From Candidatus Sericytochromatia bacterium (GTDB lineage Bacteria; Cyanobacteriota; Sericytochromatia; S15B-MN24; JAQBPE01), in the NCBI GenBank assembly GCA_040400605.1, contig JBBAPZ010000031.1, positions 1 through 20,046 on the forward strand: 20,046 nt of DNA. The letters are read 5' to 3'. The notes below the pieces were generated by a model that saw only the letters and a program-made list of their open reading frames with translations, did not search any database and was not told the origin of the DNA. This document shows positions 1 through 7,779 of the stretch, one piece after another. A program made the translations under genes and the position numbers. Each line of letters begins with the position of its first letter. Positions within the stretch are counted from its first letter, which is position 1.

Positions 1-64
1 TTTTGATGAAAAATTTTTTCTTTTCTGATCTACCCAATTGACCATCTGTCGATCACCGCAAAGA

Positions 65-70
65 TAGAAT
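65..70 (+). promoter_or_regulatory. Putative sigma70-type -10 element (TAGAAT) upstream of the candidate ncRNA
   Basis: TAGAAT at 65-70 follows an AT-rich stretch and sits 13 nt before the first predicted helix (84). TTGACC at 38-43 is 21 nt away, which is too long for a canonical -35. Confidence 0.45.
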
Positions 71-76
71 AACCTG

Positions 77-585
77 TAATGTCGTGGTAGTGCCCGTTTC
101 AGCGTGCAAGGTCACTGTCTAACAAGACTGCCTGACAGGGTACCTTTTGCTCGCCTGATTTGGATACAAAACCGCGGTCATTCGTGTTCAGATCCTGGCT
201 GTTGTTCAACAACAGTGACTGAGTGCCGGATGTTTTTGGTTCTGCTACACATGACTTAAACAGCAACCCACGCGTCAGTGACTGACGTGAAGCGATAACG
301 ATCCGTTGGCTTTCATCTCACAACGGAAGTCCCGGAAAGCGCCTTTGACGCATTCGCAACAGGGTCCCACGCGGGATAAACACTGTTCGACTCGCAAAGC
401 AACCGACGTCGGGGCCCAGGCGCCTTACAGACAAACAACCATCAAAAGCTTACACCAGGCGCTGTATGACGCGATGAGGGATCGCGCGATGATGCGACCG
501 TCAGTATGTGACACGCTGGGTCGACCAAACCGGGAGATACCAATTGGATGCGGCCAGTGACGACGAACCGGTTGCCACAAACGGA
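77..585 (+). ncRNA. Candidate large (~500 nt) structured non-coding RNA of unrecognised class
   Basis: Terminal helices: 84-90/572-578, 94-100/565-571 (one mismatch), 111-117/555-561. Nested helices: 330-335/530-535, 413-419/516-522, 420-425/457-462, 470-475/481-486, 500-503/509-512, 302-308/321-327, 199-205/209-215, 273-278/282-287, 358-362/383-387. G-U pairs favour the + strand. No credible ORF. Ends are approximate. Confidence 0.6.
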
Positions 586-610
586 AACGCCCCTCACGTG
601 ATGAGGGGCG
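579..610 (-). terminator. Intrinsic terminator of the sdh operon, possibly bidirectional
   Basis: Perfect 9-bp stem CGCCCCTCA (588-596)/TGAGGGGCG (602-610), followed on the minus strand by TTTCCGTTT. It begins 15 nt after the sdhB stop. Confidence 0.7.
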
Positions 611-625
611 GCCAGTCCAGCAATT

Positions 626-1423
626 CTATTGCTTGCGCTTTTTGCCAGTCAGGCGGCGCCACAGGGCAGCCAAGGGATCGTAATACTCAGTCGCCACCCG
701 CTCTTTGAGCGGAATGATGGCATTGTCGGTAATCGTGATGTGCTCTGGGCAAACCTCGGTGCAACACTTGGTGATGTTGCAGTAGCCAATGCCCAGTTCT
801 TCCTTGATCTCCGACAGGCGATCGCCCTCATCCATCGGATGCATCTCAAGCGACGCCGCACGCACCATGAAACGCGGACCGGCAAAGCCGACTTCCTGGT
901 GATCACGAATGACGTGACAAACATCCTGACAAAGGAAACACTCGATGCACTTGCGGAACTCCTGGACGCGGTCCACCTCGTATTGATACATCGTCCACTC
1001 ACCATTCGCATCCTTCGGTTTCGGCTGCAACGGCGGAATCTTTTTGTTAGCCCGATAATTGAACGACACATCCGTCACCAGATCCTTGATCAATGGAAAC
1101 GCCTTCATGGGCTTCACCATCGTCGGACCCTCATCGACCAGATCATTCATCCGGCTCATGCACATCAGACGCGGACGCCCATTGATCTCCGCCGAACACG
1201 ACCCACACTTCCCGGCCTTGCAATTCCAACGACAGGCCAACTCCGGGGCCTGACGCGCCTGAATCGCATGAATCGCATCAAGCACGACCATGCCCTCGGA
1301 TATCTCGACCTCGTAATCCACCAAATGACCGCGCTCCTGGTCACCACGCCACACCCGCATCGTGTGGGTGCGCTTGACCTGCTTGTCGCTATCAGAAGCG
1401 ATCGCTTGCGTCATATTACTCAT
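626..1423 (-). CDS. sdhB: Succinate dehydrogenase/fumarate reductase iron-sulfur subunit (Rv0247c/Sdh1-like)
   Basis: Cys clusters NCKAGKCGSC...LMC, CIECFLCQDVC and CNITKCCTEVC. Lies 9 nt downstream of the flavoprotein gene and has a GGGGA RBS. Confidence 0.95.
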   Translation of the reverse strand: MSNMTQAIASDSDKQVKRTHTMRVWRGDQERGHLVDYEVEISEGMVVLDAIHAIQARQAPELACRWNCKAGKCGSCSAEINGRPRLMCMSRMNDLVDEGPTMVKPMKAFPLIKDLVTDVSFNYRANKKIPPLQPKPKDANGEWTMYQYEVDRVQEFRKCIECFLCQDVCHVIRDHQEVGFAGPRFMVRAASLEMHPMDEGDRLSEIKEELGIGYCNITKCCTEVCPEHITITDNAIIPLKERVATEYYDPLAALWRRLTGKKRKQ

Positions 1424-1432
1424 GGCGTCCCC

Positions 1433-3247
1433 CTACTTATCTTCAAACAACGCTTGCAACTCAGCCGGCATCTTCGGCAATGGCTCCCGACGCAACGCCA
1501 TCGTTCCGTCCGCCTGACGCGACACCACATGGTTAAACTGCCCAAACTCCTCAGAACTGTCCAGATAATCAACACGCATGTGACCGCCACGGCTCTCGCG
1601 ACGCTCCAACGCCGACAAGGCGATCGCCTCCGAACACACCAACAGGTTCTGCAACGCCAACGCCTGATGCCATCCAGGATTGAACCGGCAGTCACCACTC
1701 ACATGCACCTTGCGCGCACGCTCAGCGAACCCGCGCAAGTCCGTCAACGCCTGCTTGAGCTCATCCTCCTGCCTGGCAATGCCAACATTCGACTCCATAG
1801 AAGCCTGAAGATCCTCCGTCACCATGAACGCATTCTCGCCCTGATCCCGGTTAAACGGCTCAAACATCTCACGGACGACCGTCTCAACCTCCGACTCATT
1901 CAAAGACGGTTGCTTGCGCCCCTTGGCAAATTCCGCCGCATACAAACCGGCACGCCGACCAAACACCAACAAATCCGACAACGAATTGCCACCAAGACGG
2001 TTGCTGCCGTGCAAACCGCCGCCACACTCGCCAGCCGCAAACAAACCAGGCACGGACGACATCTGCGTTTCCACATCCACACGCACACCACCCATGATGT
2101 AGTGACACGTCGGCCCCACCTCCATCGGTTCCTTGGTAATGTCAATACCACCCAACTCCTTGAACTGATGGTACATCGACGGTAACTTTTTCTTGATGTC
2201 TTCCGCCGACCGCCGACTCGCAATGTCAAGGTACGCACCACCGTGCGCACTGCCACGGCCTTCCTTGACCTCGCGCACAATCGCACGCGCCACCACGTCA
2301 CGCGTCAACAGCTCTGGCGGACGACGCGCACCCTCTTCCTTGCGTAACCAGCGGTCACCCTCTTCGACCGTGTCGGCCGTTTCCTTGGCGAACAACTCCG
2401 GAATGTAATTGAACATGAAGCGCTCGCCCTTGTTGTTCTTGAGCACCCCACCTTCACCCCGTACACCCTCCGTCACCAAAATACCCTTGACCGAGGGCGG
2501 CCACACCATTCCGGTAGGATGGAACTGGATAAACTCCATATCCATCAACTCAGCACCAGCCATATACGCCAACGCGTGGCCATCAGCCGTGCCTTCCCAA
2601 GAATTGCTCGTCACCCGGTAACACTTGCCCACGCCACCCGCGGCGAGCACCACCGCCTTGGCCTTGAATACAACCGGTCGACCGGACTCCCGCCAATAAC
2701 CAACCGCGCCGGACACCGCATCACCATCTTTCAGCAAGCGGTAAATCGCACACTCCATATGTACCTTGATCTCATCACCATACGAACGACCAGACGAAAC
2801 AGTCCGGTCCTGCAAGGTGCGAATCAACTCAAGCCCCGTGCGATCGCCCACGTGCGCCAGCCGCGGATAACGGTGCCCACCGAAGTTGCGCTGCGAAATA
2901 CGACCATCCGGCGTCCGGTCAAAAACAGCCCCCCACGTCTCCAACTCACGCGCACGCTCAGGCGCTTCCTGCGCATGAATCTGCGCCATCCGCCACTGGT
3001 TCAAAAATTTGCCGCCCCGCATCGTATCCCGGAAATGCACCTGCCAGTTGTCCCGCGCATCAACATTTCCCAAGGCCGCCGCCATGCCGCCTTCCGCCAT
3101 CACCGTGTGCGCCTTGCCAAGCAAAGACTTGCAAACCAAACCGGTGCGCAAGCCCATCTGGGCCGCCTCGATCGCCGCACGCATCCCGGCACCGCCCGCA
3201 CCGATCACCAGCACATCATATTCATGGGTTTCGTAAATAGAAGCCAT
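1433..3247 (-). CDS. sdhA: Succinate dehydrogenase/fumarate reductase flavoprotein subunit (Rv0248c/Sdh1-like)
   Basis: GAGGAG FAD fold, covalent-FAD His motif KAHTVMAEGG, QFHPTG, TEGVRGEGG, HYIMGG, HGSNRLGGNSL, RRESRGGH. 604 aa. Confidence 0.97.
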   Translation of the reverse strand: MASIYETHEYDVLVIGAGGAGMRAAIEAAQMGLRTGLVCKSLLGKAHTVMAEGGMAAALGNVDARDNWQVHFRDTMRGGKFLNQWRMAQIHAQEAPERARELETWGAVFDRTPDGRISQRNFGGHRYPRLAHVGDRTGLELIRTLQDRTVSSGRSYGDEIKVHMECAIYRLLKDGDAVSGAVGYWRESGRPVVFKAKAVVLAAGGVGKCYRVTSNSWEGTADGHALAYMAGAELMDMEFIQFHPTGMVWPPSVKGILVTEGVRGEGGVLKNNKGERFMFNYIPELFAKETADTVEEGDRWLRKEEGARRPPELLTRDVVARAIVREVKEGRGSAHGGAYLDIASRRSAEDIKKKLPSMYHQFKELGGIDITKEPMEVGPTCHYIMGGVRVDVETQMSSVPGLFAAGECGGGLHGSNRLGGNSLSDLLVFGRRAGLYAAEFAKGRKQPSLNESEVETVVREMFEPFNRDQGENAFMVTEDLQASMESNVGIARQEDELKQALTDLRGFAERARKVHVSGDCRFNPGWHQALALQNLLVCSEAIALSALERRESRGGHMRVDYLDSSEEFGQFNHVVSRQADGTMALRREPLPKMPAELQALFEDK

Positions 3248-3281
3248 CGTCTTTCCTTACACTCGAATTCAATCAGCCGCG

Positions 3282-4100
3282 TCAAAACAGGATCGTGAAC
3301 AGATCGCCACAGCCACTCATCGAGATGTATCGAATGTACACATCGGTGAACGCTACCGAAAATAAACTGAACCAAGCAAACTCCTGATGGCGAATATTCA
3401 GCCAGGTCACCTTCTGCCACGCCTTGAAACTCAATGGCGGATTCGGCCCACCCGCAACCTCACAACTGAAACAATCCTTCTTGCCACCGATCAAATGCCG
3501 CAGCGAATGGCAACCAAAGGTGTATCCCGACAGCAAAATAACGTTGGCCCACAAAATGATGGTGCCCATTCCAAAACCCCAACGATAGCCCACCGCATCC
3601 TTCGCATGCGCAACCGCCGCACCCGTTGCATCAACCGGGAAGCGAAATGCCAACGCCGCGTCGTAAGCCAGAATGACTACGAATACGATCGCCAGGTACA
3701 GAAAAAACCGGTGCAAGTTCTGCAAAACAAACGGAAAAGCACGCTCGCCCGTATAACCCTTGCCCTTGCCCTCACCCACCGCACACCCCGGCGGATCCAA
3801 AAACAATGACCGATAATACGACTTGCGGTAGTAATAACACGTCGCCCGAAACCCAGCCGGCGCAGCCAAAATCAAAAACGCAGGCGACACCCAGTCCGGC
3901 ATCCAGTCAGCCTTCAGATTCGGCGAATAAAAAGGCGACAAATACGGACCCCACTCGTAGTGCGCATTGGCGATACCCGCATAGGTCGCATAAATCACAA
4001 AGGCAATCAGCGTCGTCGCAATCAACAAAGGCGACAACCACCAGTTGTCCCGACGATCCGTCGCTCCCAAACTCAAAGTGACTGGCTCAATGGCATTCAT
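3282..4100 (-). CDS. Single-subunit SDH membrane anchor (Rv0249c/Sdh1-type)
   Basis: About five hydrophobic segments and motifs YLSPFYSP, FRATCYYYRKSYYRS, QNLHRFF, GCHSLRH. First gene of the operon. Start moved to ATG 4100 (272 aa), which has GGAG upstream and lies downstream of the predicted promoter. Confidence 0.88.
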   Translation of the reverse strand: MNAIEPVTLSLGATDRRDNWWLSPLLIATTLIAFVIYATYAGIANAHYEWGPYLSPFYSPNLKADWMPDWVSPAFLILAAPAGFRATCYYYRKSYYRSLFLDPPGCAVGEGKGKGYTGERAFPFVLQNLHRFFLYLAIVFVVILAYDAALAFRFPVDATGAAVAHAKDAVGYRWGFGMGTIILWANVILLSGYTFGCHSLRHLIGGKKDCFSCEVAGGPNPPLSFKAWQKVTWLNIRHQEFAWFSLFSVAFTDVYIRYISMSGCGDLFTILF

Positions 4101-4206
4101 AATTTTGCGTCTCCGCCTCTTCCCGTTCCCCGCCGCCCGGTACATCAAACCAAGCTCGCACCAGAAGCACCCGCAAACAGTTGGGGTGACAATCAAAGCC
4201 ACTAGA

Positions 4207-4236
4207 ATAGTAGGGTGCAAGCTTCCAAACAGTCAA
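4207..4236 (-). promoter_or_regulatory. Putative sigma70 promoter of the sdh operon
   Basis: Minus strand TTGACT (4236-4231), N18, TACTAT (4212-4207), about 100 nt upstream of the anchor gene ATG. Confidence 0.55.
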
Positions 4237-4746
4237 GCCAATACCTCACTGTTGTATAATTTTTGTAGACATTATGTACAATGACGAGCCCTGTCCGAGG
4301 CCGAATGAATTTCCGTGCCCACGCGACACGCTATCAAACACCTGTTCGATGCTTTAAAAACCAGCGCGACACTTTTGAGCGCTCACGCTTCAATGGGCGA
4401 AGCACTTGGTAAAGTTCGCTGACAACGATAGGGGAATGCCTCGAGTGGTAGTCAAGCCCTGAGCGAACTTGAATCTCAACCCGTGCACGGTTGAATTTAT
4501 CGCATTGACCGCTCAGGTTTTGACCATCGTTCGATTCCTGACGGTTTATCCAGTGACGCTCCGGACGCTGTTCAGAACGCTTGCGGCAGACACGACCACA
4601 CAAGCATAGCCGTGCGCCGTTACGCTGCACAGAGCCGATAGGTGACCACCAAGCAACGCTTTGCCGTATCGCGCAAAATAGGTTTTATGACAAAATGAAC
4701 GTGCCGTTTCAGATTCTTGTCAAACAAAAACAAGCAACCAAGACAA

Positions 4747-5124
4747 TCAGTCCTGATACCCATAACGACGTTGCTCAGCCAGTACTGCCTGAATATTTTC
4801 GTGACTGCAAAATCCCAGTCTGACAATCAAATGACCCAACAACATACCGGTCTCTTCATGTTCTTGCATCGCAATTTCAAGTTGCTCCGCTGTCAGATGG
4901 CCTTTACGAATCAATAACTGCCCAAGCCGCATGTCTGTGTACTGTTGTTCGAGTAGTTCCTCTAACTGCGCAAAATTGATGAACCCACGGCCAAACAGGA
5001 TCTCACCCACACGGAGATACGGCTTTTGGCGCTGCTCTTCCAAGGCGACAGTCAGTTGCTCTTCCGTGATGATGTTATGTGACACCAGCAAGGCGCCAAG
5101 CCGATCCGATAAGTTCTTGCGCAT
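4747..5124 (-). CDS. Stand-alone tandem MshEN-domain protein (putative c-di-GMP receptor)
   Basis: Four copies of the 24-aa RLGxxLLxxGLIxxxxLxxxLxxQ-type motif make up nearly all of the 125 aa. GAGGA RBS upstream. Confidence 0.8.
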   Translation of the reverse strand: MRKNLSDRLGALLVSHNIITEEQLTVALEEQRQKPYLRVGEILFGRGFINFAQLEELLEQQYTDMRLGQLLIRKGHLTAEQLEIAMQEHEETGMLLGHLIVRLGFCSHENIQAVLAEQRRYGYQD

Positions 5125-5612
5125 TCCGTTCAGTCCTCATTCGCACCAATCAGGTGCCCACTTTTATTCCCATTCCCGATACGGTTGAAACGCTGAAATG
5201 ACTCCCCGAGAAACCAGATAACCCGCGCCTTCCCGCGCCCAAGCGGCAAACACGCCAAGATAGCCAACTCAAAAGATTTATAACACCAAAAGGCATCAGG
5301 CGTCAGTGATCATTCCAGACCTTTTCTGTTTCAGACTAGCCACGAGTGCCCTTCCCCACCAGAAATCAAACCGATGCGGGCGCCAACCCACACGTAAAAT
5401 CATCACGCATCAATCTTGGCCGGTTTGCCACGAAGTCAAAGCCACCCGCCACGATCGCCGCATTCGGCATCTTAATTGGTTTTTAACGTCCGCTTCCGCG
5501 CCTCAAACCGACAAGGCAAACTTACCAATAAGCTGACGATCAGTTGTCATCGCCATCTGCAGCGCCCCCCGATTTGGAAAGCCAGCAATAATATGGAGGA
5601 GGAGTCAATCCG

Positions 5613-5720
5613 ATGCCAATTGGAGTGAACGCAAGCGCGCTGGCGAACCGAACGGCTCCGCTTCAGCTAATTCCAACGATTGCTGAGAAAGTGAGTGGAA
5701 TCATTCCAATCCGAAGGTGA
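5613..5720 (+). CDS. 35-aa small ORF (MPIGVNASALANRTAPLQ...), or 5' part of a frameshifted gene
   Basis: Very strong RBS GGAGGAGGAG at 5595-5604 before ATG 5613. Its TGA overlaps the GTG of the next ORF (GTGA, 5717-5720). Confidence 0.5.
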   Translation: MPIGVNASALANRTAPLQLIPTIAEKVSGIIPIRR

Positions 5721-6094
5721 TTGCCAGGCAGCAACAGGTGAATGTGGCAGAAGCCAGGCTTGCCGAGCTGCAAGCGAAGCGTGAACAACCACGCAAACAG
5801 GCGTTAGAAGTTGGTGAGACCATCGAACCGTTGAAAGACTTATTGCGTCGAGCCCGAAGCGACGCCCAGCCTGGCGCGGAAATGCTTGAGACGGCGAACA
5901 GAAATGTCGAACTCGCAGTGCGCGCAGCGCAAACGGCACGCCAAGGGGTTCAATTCGGGCGAGGCCTTATTTGGGCACTTGACACAAAAAACCTGATCAA
6001 GACGCATGGGTTTTTGTTCAAAACATCAGGCACTGACTCGTTCCAACTGAATCACAGCCAAAATTTGACCAACAACCAACGCGTTTGCATATAG
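5717..6094 (+). CDS. Hypothetical helical/coiled-coil protein, possibly the 3' part of a frameshifted gene
   Basis: 125-aa ORF rich in A/Q/E/R/L with a heptad-like pattern (VAEARLAELQAKREQ). No family recognised. Confidence 0.45.
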   Translation: MIARQQQVNVAEARLAELQAKREQPRKQALEVGETIEPLKDLLRRARSDAQPGAEMLETANRNVELAVRAAQTARQGVQFGRGLIWALDTKNLIKTHGFLFKTSGTDSFQLNHSQNLTNNQRVCI

Positions 6095-6200
6095 ACCGGT
6101 TACAGCCAATCCAGTAACGCCAAGACGAAAAAATTTTATTGTGACGCGGTGAACCCGTGACGTAACAAACGCCGCCTGTGACGCCTTTAACGGCTCGATC

Positions 6201-7772
6201 TCAAAAAACCGGGGCAGCCATCAAGGCCAACTTTTCCTCGCTGGTGGCCTCCACCTGGTCATGCAGGCTGTTGCCGTGAGCGTCCATTGTCACCACCGCC
6301 TGAAAATCGCGTACATCCAGGTGCCACATGGCCTCGGGAATGCCAAAGTCCAGGTGGTCCACCCCTGCCACGCGCTCCACGCAGCGCGCGTAGAACTGCG
6401 CTGCACCACCGATGGCATTGAGGTAAACGCCACCATACTCATTGAGCGCAGCCAGAGTCTTGGGCCCCATCCCCCCCTTGCCGATGACGACCCGCACGCC
6501 AAACTTGCGGATAACCTCGCCCTGATAGGGTTCCTCCCGGATCGACGTGGTCGGGCCGGCCGCCAGAATGCTCCAGGAATTGTTGTCCGGGTCGCGCATC
6601 GCGACTGGCCCACAGTGGTAAAGTACCCCACCCTTGAGGTCCACCGGCGCATCATGCGTCATCAGATGCTTGTGAATGGCATCCCGACCGGTGTACATAC
6701 GCCCCGAGATGGCGACGACATCCCCCACTTTGAGCTGCCGCACCTGCGCTTCAGTAATTGGCGCTTCCAGTTTCACCATCCGCCCCGTGCCAAGCGCCGG
6801 TTCATCCGCATGCCGCATCGCAGGCGCCTCAGACGCCGCCACGTGATACTGCCAGTGCATGATTTTGCCCGTCACGGGGTCCAATTCCACACCCAAACGG
6901 CGATAAGCCCAGCAGTTGTATGCCACTGAAACAAAAAAGCTGGCCGGCAAACGGTTTTGCACCCCGACCTTGCACCCCAGCAAGGTCACGTCGCCACCAA
7001 AGCCCATTGTGCCGACACCCAAACGATTGGCGTGATCCATCACGTAGGCTTCCAACTCAGCCAGTTTCGGATCCGGATTGGTGTCATCCACCAGACGCAA
7101 CAACTGCTGCTTGGCCGCTTCGTACCCGGAGGTGCGATCGCCCCCCACACTCACCCCAATAAACCCCGCCGAACACCCTTGGCCCTGCGCTTGGTGCACC
7201 GCGTGCAAAATGCACTTGCGCACGCCATCGAGATCGCGCCCCGCCTTGCCTAACGCCGGCAGCTCCGTCGGCAACGAATACTGGATGTTCTTGTTCTCAC
7301 AGCCGCCGCCTTTGAGGATTAGCTTGACCTCAACGACATCACGCTCCCACTGCTCAAAATGAACCACAGGTGTTCCTGGCCCCAAGTTGTCACCACTGTT
7401 GACACCCGTCAGGGAATCCACCGAGTTGGGGCGCAACTTGCCCGCCTTGGTCGCTTGACGCACCGCATCGTGAATCGCCGCCTTGATCTCCAACTGATTG
7501 CTTCCCACCGGTGTGTGCACGAAGAAAGTCGGCATCCCGGTATCCTGACAGATGGGCAAGGTGTCGTGCGCCGCGAGATCGACATTCAACGCAATCGTGC
7601 TCAAGGCCAATGCCGAACGGGTGCCTGCGCTTTCACGTGCACGCGCGGCAGCCAAGGCCACACGCACATCCGCCGGCAAATTTGTGGCCGTTTGGGTGAT
7701 CAACTCAAACAAACTCTGCGTGAGCGCCATGCGATCGATCCGCAAAATCTGACCCACAATGCCTTGTTCCAT
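6201..7772 (-). CDS. Class I (Fe-S) fumarate hydratase, fused alpha+beta domains
   Basis: PICQDTG, KGGGCEN, GRDAIH, YHCGP, GPTTSIR, IGKGGMG and MDAHGNSL motifs. Starts 7 nt after rsfS. Confidence 0.95.
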   Translation of the reverse strand: MEQGIVGQILRIDRMALTQSLFELITQTATNLPADVRVALAAARARESAGTRSALALSTIALNVDLAAHDTLPICQDTGMPTFFVHTPVGSNQLEIKAAIHDAVRQATKAGKLRPNSVDSLTGVNSGDNLGPGTPVVHFEQWERDVVEVKLILKGGGCENKNIQYSLPTELPALGKAGRDLDGVRKCILHAVHQAQGQGCSAGFIGVSVGGDRTSGYEAAKQQLLRLVDDTNPDPKLAELEAYVMDHANRLGVGTMGFGGDVTLLGCKVGVQNRLPASFFVSVAYNCWAYRRLGVELDPVTGKIMHWQYHVAASEAPAMRHADEPALGTGRMVKLEAPITEAQVRQLKVGDVVAISGRMYTGRDAIHKHLMTHDAPVDLKGGVLYHCGPVAMRDPDNNSWSILAAGPTTSIREEPYQGEVIRKFGVRVVIGKGGMGPKTLAALNEYGGVYLNAIGGAAQFYARCVERVAGVDHLDFGIPEAMWHLDVRDFQAVVTMDAHGNSLHDQVEATSEEKLALMAAPVF

Positions 7773-7779
7773 CGTTCCC

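Noticed and set aside
324..345. RNase P RNA, suggested by CGGAAGTCCCGGAAAGCGCC
   Set aside because: Only a loose resemblance. The GAGGAAAGUCC and 3' P4 signatures are absent on both strands.
383..470. tmRNA or tRNA, suggested by GTTCGACTC at 385-393, GGGGCC at 411-416 and a short frame TNNHQKLTPGAV*
   Set aside because: No T-stem around the TTCGA loop, no acceptor stem or CCA end, and the peptide lacks the usual AA terminus.
306..708. ORFs 306..560 and 508..708 on the + strand
   Set aside because: No RBS, non-ATG starts and no protein-like composition. They overlie the structured RNA candidate, the terminator and the end of sdhB.
629..3298. Long + strand ORFs 629..2185 and 2519..3298
   Set aside because: Antisense shadows of sdhB and sdhA produced by codon bias.
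4101..4220. 40-aa N-terminal extension of the SDH anchor in the ORF track
   Set aside because: It overlaps the predicted promoter. ATG 4100 has an RBS and gives the expected family length.
5505..5560. c-di-GMP-I riboswitch near the MshEN gene, suggested by AAGGCAAAC
   Set aside because: Lacks the GAAA tetraloop, the GACGCAAAG segment and the second hairpin.
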